UHGV virus genome: UHGV-0394577
From: a virus
Reading direction: 5' to 3' (one strand)
Length of the DNA stretch: 11,770 bases
The notes beneath the pieces are model-generated. The model did not search any database and was not told the origin of the DNA. It saw nothing but the letters and a program-made list of their open reading frames with translations. The translations under genes and the position numbers were made by a program. Positions 5,680 through 11,770 of the stretch are shown here, piece by piece; position 1 is the first letter of the stretch, and each line of letters opens with the position of its first letter.

Positions 5680-6921
5680 ATGGCGAGAAAAACAACCCAA
5701 TTAACCACAGTGCAGATCAAAGCAGCCAGGCCAGCGGAAAAGGAGTACACCCTACAGGACGGCGGGGGGCTTTTTCTCCTGGTCAAACCGTCCGGATCAA
5801 AACTCTGGAGATTTTCCTACTACCGACCATCGGACAAAAAAAGAATATTGCTGAGTTTTGGATCGCTTGAAGATGTTTCCCTGGCTGATGCCAGAAAACG
5901 CCGTAGCGAGTACAGGACGTTAATCAGTGCCGGAACTGACCCGCAGGACCACGAGAGGCAAAAAAGAGAGACAGAGGCCCGAAGACAAGGGAACACGTTC
6001 GAAAATGTGGCGGCGGCATGGTACCAGGTGAAAATCAGCCAGAATCTGGCCCCCAACACGATTAAAGACATCTGGAGATCGCTGGAAAAATATGTATTCC
6101 CGTTCATCGGTAACACGCCAATAGACACCCTGACCGCTCGCAGGTTTGTTGAGGTGCTTACCCCCATCAAGGAACGTGGCAACCTGGAAACACTCAAACG
6201 GGTTTTACAGCGAGTCAATGAAGTAATGGATTACGCCGCCAACAGTGGGCTGATCGATACCAATCCGGCTATGAATGTGCGTAAGGCGTTCCCCTCCCCT
6301 GTAAAAAAACATATGCCAACAATCCGCCCCGAGCAGTTGCCGGAGCTTATGCAGGCTTTATCAGTATCGGCAACAGAACGGCAGACCAGATTACTGATCG
6401 AATGGCAGTTACTGACCGTAACCCGTCCCGCCGAAGCGTCATCAACTCGGTGGGATGAAATCGACATGGACGCGAAGCGATGGACGATACCCGCCGGACG
6501 CATGAAGATGAGGCGTGATCACGTTATCCCGCTTTGTAGTCAGGCTATGGCGGTACTGGAGGCTATGAAACCAATCAGCCATCACCGCGATTACGTTTTC
6601 CCGAGCCTGAAAGACCCACGGCAGCCTATGAACAGCCAGACCGCAAACGCAGCATTGCGGCGGATGGGGTTTGGCGGGGTTCTGGTTTCTCACGGTATGC
6701 GCGCCATATTCAGCACCGCAGCGAACGAAGAAGGATTTGAGCCGGACGTAATAGAGGCCGCACTAGCCCACGTGGACACCAACGAAGTGAGACGGGCATA
6801 CAACCGGAGCAACTACATAGAAAAACGCATCGTGCTTATGCGCTGGTGGGGCGAATTTGTCGAGGCGGCGGCAACGGGCGTGACCCTTGCCAGTGGTAAA
6901 AGGGGTATTCGGGCCGTGTAG
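5680..6921 (+). CDS. int: tyrosine recombinase / integrase, P4-family
   Basis: Track ORF 5662..6921 begins at GTG; ATG at 5680 gives the N-terminus MARKTTQLTTVQIKAARPAEKEYTLQDGGGLFLLVKPSGSKLWRFSYY typical of P4-like integrases; C-terminal catalytic region with R...HVIPL...HGMR..F...A and a Y in RRAYNRSNY. Confidence 0.92.
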   Translation: MARKTTQLTTVQIKAARPAEKEYTLQDGGGLFLLVKPSGSKLWRFSYYRPSDKKRILLSFGSLEDVSLADARKRRSEYRTLISAGTDPQDHERQKRETEARRQGNTFENVAAAWYQVKISQNLAPNTIKDIWRSLEKYVFPFIGNTPIDTLTARRFVEVLTPIKERGNLETLKRVLQRVNEVMDYAANSGLIDTNPAMNVRKAFPSPVKKHMPTIRPEQLPELMQALSVSATERQTRLLIEWQLLTVTRPAEASSTRWDEIDMDAKRWTIPAGRMKMRRDHVIPLCSQAMAVLEAMKPISHHRDYVFPSLKDPRQPMNSQTANAALRRMGFGGVLVSHGMRAIFSTAANEEGFEPDVIEAALAHVDTNEVRRAYNRSNYIEKRIVLMRWWGEFVEAAATGVTLASGKRGIRAV

Positions 6922-7019
6922 CTGTACAGAAAACCAGTAAAAACTACGAAAACCATGTAAAACCGTCGTATAATTGCGGTTCTTGTTACGCCAGGGGATG
7001 CCTTCATGAGTCGGATAAT

Positions 7020-7250
7020 ATGCGGACAAATACAAACAGCAATTGCGACGGGCTGCAACTGGCCCTGATCGTTAAACATGAATTTTGGTCAACCTACGAT
7101 CCGGAGGACAGAACGACAGCCCCATCAAAAAGGCAGGTAGTAGATTTTCTGGTATCCCGTGGGACTTCCAGAAATTTGGCTGAGAGTATCGACAGGGTTG
7201 TAAGGCCCGTATCAATGAAGACCGGAGGCAGGCCAAAAAAATGGCGGTAA
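7020..7250 (+). CDS. hypothetical protein (76 aa)
   Basis: ORF followed by a strong terminator; weak RBS. An ATG at 7006 with a better SD is in another frame and stops after 20 codons, so the true start is uncertain. Confidence 0.35.
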   Translation: MRTNTNSNCDGLQLALIVKHEFWSTYDPEDRTTAPSKRQVVDFLVSRGTSRNLAESIDRVVRPVSMKTGGRPKKWR

Positions 7251-7262
7251 CAATCCTGAAAG

Positions 7263-7285
7263 CGGCAGAAATGCCGCTTTTTTTA
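7263..7285 (+). terminator. rho-independent terminator (GCGGCA-GAAA-TGCCGC + T7)
   Basis: Perfect 6-bp stem, GAAA loop and T-run 12 nt after the stop at 7250. Confidence 0.6.
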
Positions 7286-7314
7286 TAATTCCCTTTCAAA
7301 TCATCAACATAAAA

Positions 7315-7328
7315 AACGGTTATAACCG
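7315..7328. promoter_or_regulatory. perfect 14-bp palindrome ACGGTTATAACCGT upstream of alpA
   Basis: Related to the GTTATACG motif family found upstream of int; about 90 bp upstream of the alpA ATG. Confidence 0.35.
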
Positions 7329-7382
7329 TTTAAAAACGGTGGGAACTGTTTTTACCCATATTCGATGATTTACCGTATTTGT

Positions 7383-7399
7383 CACCGGAATACACCGGA
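7383..7399. repeat. CACCGGAATACACCGGA direct repeat (third copy of the CACCGGA dimer)
   Basis: Lies 19 bp upstream of the alpA start codon. Confidence 0.45.
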
Positions 7400-7417
7400 T
7401 TCACAAGGTAAATCACG

Positions 7418-7624
7418 ATGGAAGCAATCAAAAAAGTCATCTTTCGCCAGGAAGTAAAAAAACTTATCCACATCAAGGCAGACAGCACGCTGCAAAGCAT
7501 GATCAACGCCGGAGAATTCCCGCAGGGTTTTCGCGTTGGTTTACGCCGTCGAGGATGGTATGAGGATGACGTAATCGCCTGGATGAAAGAACGCGAACAG
7601 GAAGCACGCGGAACGGCTGCTTAA
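7418..7624 (+). CDS. alpA: AlpA/Vis-family phage regulatory protein (excisionase-like HTH)
   Basis: 68 aa; STLQSMINAGEFPQGFRVGLRRRGWYEDDVIAWMKER fits the AlpA-family pattern (FP, G.R..GW.E.EV..W); sits downstream of int as in P4-like and PICI elements. Confidence 0.75.
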   Translation: MEAIKKVIFRQEVKKLIHIKADSTLQSMINAGEFPQGFRVGLRRRGWYEDDVIAWMKEREQEARGTAA

Positions 7625-7656
7625 CGGGTATCACAGATATGACGAACACGAAAAAA

Positions 7657-7680
7657 GCGGCCCCGATATGGAGCCGCCTT
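7657..7680 (-). terminator. possible terminator for minus-strand transcripts (5-bp GC stem, then T6 on the minus strand)
   Basis: AAAAAAGCGGC...GCCGCC on the plus strand; on the minus strand the stem is followed by TTTTTT. Weak stem with a long loop. Confidence 0.3.
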
Positions 7681-8000
7681 TCTGAACAATTAACCCGCTG
7701 CGCATTATGTATCAACAAACATAAGCCAGGGCATGATAGCCGCTATCAGGCTGGTGGGCAATGCTATCAGTCTGTTTCAGTGCGTTTCCATAACTGCGAA
7801 GCTCTCTCCTTTGATGAGTATTCTTTAAGGTACTTCTCAAGGGCAAAAGAACACGGCGCGAATCGTTCTGATTCATGCTCTTTCTTTCTGCGTCGTCTTT
7901 TTCGTGCAGGTGATGTTTTTTTGGTTGATTCTTCGTTGGTCATTGTGTGCGCCTGTAAAGCAATGCGCCGGAGTTCCTCACACCACGGCGCTGATAGTTT

Positions 8001-8192
8001 TTATCCTTTGGGTTCTATGCCGCGCCGCTTTAGTTCAGTGCGCCCCAACTCTTTAAGCCAGTTGGCTAGGCTTATGCCGTCGCTCTGTGCTTCTTTGTCG
8101 AATTGCTCTTTTAGCTCTGGAGAAATTCGCATTCTGAATTGTGGGGATTGCCCGTCCCCTTTAGGGCTTTTATCGCGTTTGATTGTTGACAA
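8001..8192 (-). CDS. ribbon-helix-helix (RHH) DNA-binding protein, putative regulator
   Basis: C-terminal FRMRISPELKEQFDKEAQSDGISLANWLKELGR fits the RHH pattern (beta strand then two helices, as in MobC/CopG-type proteins). Proposed start is TTG 8192 with AGGTGA SD; alternatives are ATG 8132 or the track's TTG 8273. Confidence 0.4.
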   Translation of the reverse strand: MSTIKRDKSPKGDGQSPQFRMRISPELKEQFDKEAQSDGISLANWLKELGRTELKRRGIEPKG

Positions 8193-8235
8193 GTGGTCAC
8201 CTATTGAATTAGCCTTTCTATTGTTAGGTGACCAC
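8193..8235. promoter_or_regulatory. operator-like inverted repeat GTGGTCACCT-n23-AGGTGACCAC
   Basis: Perfect 10-bp inverted repeat; each half contains the palindromic GGTCACC/GGTGACC core; located at the 5' end of the RHH gene and upstream of the Ash/Icd operon. Confidence 0.4.
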
Positions 8236-8326
8236 CTTAACACAAGAGCACTTAAAAAAGCAAAGCCCCGCAAGTGTCATTACCACTCGCAGGGCTTCTA
8301 ACCAACAACGTAAACTAGGAGCCGTT

Positions 8327-8524
8327 ATGGTTGCCGTAAATCATATAACACACCTTGTACACACACAAACGGCCTTTGTGTGGCGTTTTCTGGCCCTGAG
8401 TGCCGGAGAATCTCAAATCATCCACGTAACCGCCTGGACGGAACGCGAAGCGCGTAGCCGTTGCCCGTCAGGTTGTGTTGCTGTATTTGCCGCTCGTATT
8501 CGTCAGGGGTCACATCATGCGTAA
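8327..8524 (+). CDS. Ash/Icd-like small protein (P4-type), short paralog
   Basis: 65 aa from ATG 8327 (SD TAGGAG), internal to track ORF 8228..8524. TAFVWRFLALS...VTAWTEREARSRCP...VFAARIRQG is paralogous to the C-terminus of the next ORF and resembles Ash/Icd-like proteins as recalled from memory. Confidence 0.5.
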   Translation: MVAVNHITHLVHTQTAFVWRFLALSAGESQIIHVTAWTEREARSRCPSGCVAVFAARIRQGSHHA

Positions 8525-8984
8525 AAACCGCTTGCAAAAAATTATAACGGGGCTGTATGCTTCCCCCGTCGCCCACATGGCGACCGGGTTTGACAGCCTG
8601 AATACTGTAGCGGACAGCCGCTTACATTCCGATATGCGGTTTTTTTGTGTCCGTAAACCTACCCATACCCGCATTATGGCGGGGCGTAACGGGGGAGCCT
8701 TTGCGCTCGCTGGTTCCTACAGTACCAGTCTGTCAACCCTGTTACGTCTCGCCACCATGTTTGACAGCGTAGTAGCGAGACTCCTTAAAATTACTGTAGG
8801 AGCCTTTCACATGGCTGTATCCGCACGCCCTTACTTTGTCTGGCGCTTTATGCAGTGCCACCACAGCAGCATTGATGTATTCACCGTTACCGCAGCCACT
8901 GAACGCGAAGCACGCGCCCAGCTGCCGCACGCACATCTGATTTTTGTCGCCCGTATTCGTCAGGGGAAAACCTATGCACAATAA
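8517..8984 (+). CDS. Ash-family-like protein, long paralog
   Basis: 155 aa from ATG 8517 (SD AGGGGT); start overlaps the previous stop (ATGCGTAA); C-terminus YFVWRFMQC...VTAATEREARAQLP...IFVARIRQG is homologous to the upstream ORF. Confidence 0.5.
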   Translation: MRKNRLQKIITGLYASPVAHMATGFDSLNTVADSRLHSDMRFFCVRKPTHTRIMAGRNGGAFALAGSYSTSLSTLLRLATMFDSVVARLLKITVGAFHMAVSARPYFVWRFMQCHHSSIDVFTVTAATEREARAQLPHAHLIFVARIRQGKTYAQ

Positions 8985-9195
8985 AACCACACCGGACGCA
9001 GCAGCTGCCGCACTCACTACGCTGATGCACGCACTTATTGATATTGAATGCACAGCAGGGATTGCACAAAAGGAAGAACGGGAAGAATACACATTGTTCG
9101 CCCTGGAATGTATCCGATACACCGCTACGCGGTCGCTGAATGACGCTAAAAATATTCTTATTGCTGATTGTAAAAATGGCGGTGGTTATGCGTGA
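8974..9195 (+). CDS. hypothetical protein (73 aa)
   Basis: ATG 8974 with AGGGGAA SD; overlaps the upstream stop; Ala-rich N-terminus. Confidence 0.45.
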   Translation: MHNKTTPDAAAAALTTLMHALIDIECTAGIAQKEEREEYTLFALECIRYTATRSLNDAKNILIADCKNGGGYA

Positions 9196-9421
9196 TATTT
9201 ACCACGAAACAATATACCGCGCATTTCTTGCACTTTCTCACAGTGAAAATATGTTGGAAATATTGCGCATATGGCTTGAAACACTTGGCGACAATGAATG
9301 CGACAAACAAAAATCAAGAATTGTCACGGCATTAATAACGCTTCTTGAGCCTGTAATAATGGAACTGCAAGAAATAGACCTATTGCACGACAGATATAAA
9401 GAACAGCACACCGGAGAATAA
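9188..9421 (+). CDS. hypothetical protein (77 aa)
   Basis: ATG 9188 overlapping the upstream stop (ATGCGTGA); internal to track ORF 9140..9421. Confidence 0.45.
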   Translation: MRDIYHETIYRAFLALSHSENMLEILRIWLETLGDNECDKQKSRIVTALITLLEPVIMELQEIDLLHDRYKEQHTGE

Positions 9422-9426
9422 AAATA

Positions 9427-9726
9427 ATGAAACTTAAATATCCTGGCTTAACTGCCAGCGGCAAAACTCGCACTAAATTCATGTGCGGGGATATTTACCG
9501 CGATAAGTACGGCGGCACGGTAATGATTAAGAGCGTGGAGGAACGGCGCGTAACTTACCGTCGTGAAGGCTACCAATATGATTGCGTGATGCCTGTTTAT
9601 CAGTTCGAACGTGATTTTTCTCTTGTGCAGGCCGTACCGCGTAACGTGCCCACCAGCAGGGAGAAAGCACGCGCCAATATTCAGGAAATAAGAAAGATGT
9701 TGAACGTATTCAGGGGTAAAAAATGA
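9427..9726 (+). CDS. hypothetical protein (99 aa)
   Basis: ATG 9427 with GGAG 10 nt upstream; stop overlaps the primase start (ATGA). Confidence 0.5.
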   Translation: MKLKYPGLTASGKTRTKFMCGDIYRDKYGGTVMIKSVEERRVTYRREGYQYDCVMPVYQFERDFSLVQAVPRNVPTSREKARANIQEIRKMLNVFRGKK

Positions 9727-11477
9727 AACTTGCACCGAACGTAAAACAGCAGTCACGCGGCATAAAACACAAAGGAACAGAAGTCATTATTTTTGCGGGT
9801 AGTGATGCCTGGTCACACGCTAAACAATGGCAGGAACATGACGCGCGTATGGCCGGAGATAATGAGCCTCCTGTGTGGCTTGGGGATCAGCAGTTATCCG
9901 AACTGGATAAGCTGCAAATTGTGCCGGAAGGCCGAAAATCAGTACGCATATTCAGGGCCGGACATCTTGAACCTGTAATGATAAAGGCGATTGGTCAGAA
10001 GCTGGCGGCGGCAGGTGTACAGGATGCAAATTTTTACCCTGAGGGAATGCACGTTCAGGAGGTGGAGAACTGGCGCGAATATCTGGCCCGTGAGCGCCAG
10101 AATCTTTCTGAAGGTCTGTTCGTTGAGCTTCCGGTAAAGCAAAAGGCGCAACTTTCGCAGATGGCGGACAGTGAACGCGCTCAGCTGCTTTCCGATCGCT
10201 TTGATGGCGTTTGCGTACATCCTGAAAGTGAAATCGTTCACGTATGGCGCGGCGGGGTATGGTGTCCGGTCAGCACAATGGAACTTAGCCGCGAAATGGT
10301 GGCGATCTATTCAGAGCACAGGGCCACTTTCAGCAAGCGCGTAATCAATAACGCCGTTGAAGCGTTAAAAGTTATTGCCGAACCAATGGGCGAGCCGTCC
10401 GGCGATTTGTTGCCGTTCGCCAATGGTGCGCTTGACCTGAAAACGGGGGAATTTTCCCCGCACACGCCGGAGAACTGGATCACCACGCACAACGGTATTG
10501 AGTACACGCCACCAGCACCAGGGGAGAACATCCGCGATAACGCGCCAAATTTTCATAAATGGCTTGAGCACGCAGCCGGAAAAGACCCGCGCAAGATGAT
10601 GCGTATATGTGCCGCGCTGTACATGATTATGGCGAACCGGTACGACTGGCAGATGTTTATTGAGGCCACCGGAGACGGCGGAAGCGGTAAAAGTACATTC
10701 ACGCATATAGCCAGCCTTCTGGCAGGGAAACAGAACACGGTAAGCGCTGAAATGACCTCACTTGATGATGCTGGTGGACGTGCGCAGGTTGTCGGGAGTC
10801 GTCTTATCGTCCTGGCTGACCAGCCGAAATATACAGGCGAAGGAACGGGCATCAAGAAAATCACGGGCGGCGACCCCGTGGAAATTAACCCGAAATATGA
10901 AAAGCGTTTCACGGCGGTAATCAGGGCGGTGGTGCTGACGACCAACAACAACCCGATGATATTCACCGAACGGGCCGGAGGCGTGGCACGTCGTCGGGTT
11001 ATTTTTCGCTTTGACAATATCGTTAGCGAGGCAGAAAAGGACAAGGATTTGCCGGAGAAGGTCGCGGCTGAAATCCCTGTGATTATCCGCCGATTACTGG
11101 CGAACTTTGCCGACCCTGAAAAGGCCCGGGCTTTACTCCTGGAACAGCGCGACGGTGATGAAGCACTGGCAATAAAGCAACAGACGGATCCGGTTATTGA
11201 GTTTTGCCAGTTCCTGAATTTTCTGGAGGAAGCGCGCGGCCTGATGATGGGTGGCGGTGGCGATTCAGTGAAGTACACGACCAGGAACAGCCTTTACCGC
11301 GTCTATCTGGCGTTTATGGCGTACGCAGGCAGGAGCAAACCGCTAAACGTAAATGACTTTGGCAAGGCTATGAAGCCCGCTGCAAAAGTTTACGGACATG
11401 AATATATTACGCGGAAAGTTAAGGGAGTAACGCAGACTAACGCAATAACAACAGACGATTGTGACGCGTTTTTATAA
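9723..11477 (+). CDS. P4-alpha-like primase/helicase replication protein (SF3 helicase domain)
   Basis: 584 aa; Walker A GDGGSGKST, Walker B-like LIVLAD, later VVLTTNN motif; architecture typical of P4-family/PICI primase-helicase; iteron origin immediately downstream. Confidence 0.88.
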   Translation: MKLAPNVKQQSRGIKHKGTEVIIFAGSDAWSHAKQWQEHDARMAGDNEPPVWLGDQQLSELDKLQIVPEGRKSVRIFRAGHLEPVMIKAIGQKLAAAGVQDANFYPEGMHVQEVENWREYLARERQNLSEGLFVELPVKQKAQLSQMADSERAQLLSDRFDGVCVHPESEIVHVWRGGVWCPVSTMELSREMVAIYSEHRATFSKRVINNAVEALKVIAEPMGEPSGDLLPFANGALDLKTGEFSPHTPENWITTHNGIEYTPPAPGENIRDNAPNFHKWLEHAAGKDPRKMMRICAALYMIMANRYDWQMFIEATGDGGSGKSTFTHIASLLAGKQNTVSAEMTSLDDAGGRAQVVGSRLIVLADQPKYTGEGTGIKKITGGDPVEINPKYEKRFTAVIRAVVLTTNNNPMIFTERAGGVARRRVIFRFDNIVSEAEKDKDLPEKVAAEIPVIIRRLLANFADPEKARALLLEQRDGDEALAIKQQTDPVIEFCQFLNFLEEARGLMMGGGGDSVKYTTRNSLYRVYLAFMAYAGRSKPLNVNDFGKAMKPAAKVYGHEYITRKVKGVTQTNAITTDDCDAFL

Positions 11478-11491
11478 TTTTTTGCAATGGC

Positions 11492-11718
11492 TGTCTACCC
11501 TGTCTACCTGAGTAAAGGAAAATACATTTAATTCAGTATATTAAGTTAGGTAGATAGCCTTTTTTCCCTTGTCTACCTGCTGTCTACCCTCTCTACCTGA
11601 TTTTACCTGAACCAGAAAGGGAGGTAGATACGGGTAGATAGTGAATAAAAGCACTCTACCCCGCTGAAAGCCGCGCCATTACTGGAATGGGGGCCAGCAA
11701 GGTAGATAAGGTAGACAA
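11492..11718. repeat. replication origin iterons (TGTCTACC / GGTAGATA, about 11 copies in both orientations)
   Basis: Direct copies at 11492, 11501, 11571, 11581 and 11590 (degenerate TCTCTACC); inverted copies at 11549, 11623, 11633, 11701 and 11711; 9-10 bp phasing within clusters; similar to the P4 ori/crr type I iteron TGTTCACC as recalled from memory. Confidence 0.7.
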
Positions 11719-11770
11719 GGGGAGGCACAACTCAAAACTTTTTAAACGAGGGGGTAAAAATAAATATGCA

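Larger units (their letters stand above)
1..11770. mobile_element. Phage-satellite-like integrative element (PICI/P4-like), partial; may be two tandem elements or a permuted episome
   Basis: Co-occurrence of P4-family integrase, AlpA-like regulator, Ash/Icd-like proteins, primase/helicase with adjacent iteron origin, and a lambda-type packaging module (E, D, Nu1 homologs, cos) with no large terminase or tail genes. Confidence 0.7.

Noticed and set aside
5820-6693. Minus-strand ORFs inside the integrase gene (5820..6218, 6231..6503, 6442..6693)
   Set aside because: Antisense to a high-confidence integrase CDS; no RBS or motifs.
8186-8214. Plus-strand sigma70 promoter using TTGACA at 8186-8191 for the Ash operon
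   Set aside because: No acceptable -10 hexamer at 16-18 bp spacing (TTAGCC); the TTGACA may be coincidental or belong to the divergent minus-strand unit. The Ash operon promoter remains unlocated.
7639-8301. 220-aa plus-strand ORF filling the gap between alpA and the Ash operon
   Set aside because: Translation is Cys/Ser/Arg-rich and low-complexity with no protein-like motifs; it runs through a predicted operator palindrome and hairpins and overlaps a more plausible minus-strand RHH gene. Most likely a chance open frame.
10553-11278. 241-aa minus-strand ORF (also 9939..10241 and 10365..10706, minus strand)
   Set aside because: All lie antisense within the well-supported primase/helicase gene and have Ser/Arg/Pro-rich junk-like translations; treated as antisense artefacts.
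11486-11740. Possible CRISPR array suggested by the regularly spaced short repeats
   Set aside because: Repeats are only 8 bp, occur in both orientations with about 10-bp phasing and no unique spacers of CRISPR length; the pattern and position after a replication gene fit origin iterons.

Overview
This window looks like part of an integrative phage satellite (PICI/P4-like) that parasitises a lambda-like helper phage. All calls are from reading the sequence and the ORF track by eye and from memory of phage lambda; no searches were run. Left 5 kb, all on the + strand: a 5'-open ORF, an SSB homolog, a PerC-like regulator and small ORFs, then lambda-type head genes (major capsid E-like, decoration D-like), a lambda-type cos site, a Nu1-like small terminase gene, and a second lambda-type cos site in inverted orientation. 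A 0.8 kb repeat-rich non-coding spacer follows. Right half: P4-family tyrosine integrase, an AlpA/Vis-like regulator, a divergent minus-strand RHH regulator with a palindromic operator, two tandem Ash/Icd-like paralogs heading a chain of translationally coupled small genes, a P4-alpha-like primase/SF3 helicase, and an iteron origin. No tRNA, rRNA or CRISPR array was found, and no terL, portal, protease or scaffold gene lies in the window. The most notable observations are the two opposed cos sites bracketing terS and a satellite that carries its own E/D capsid shell genes.
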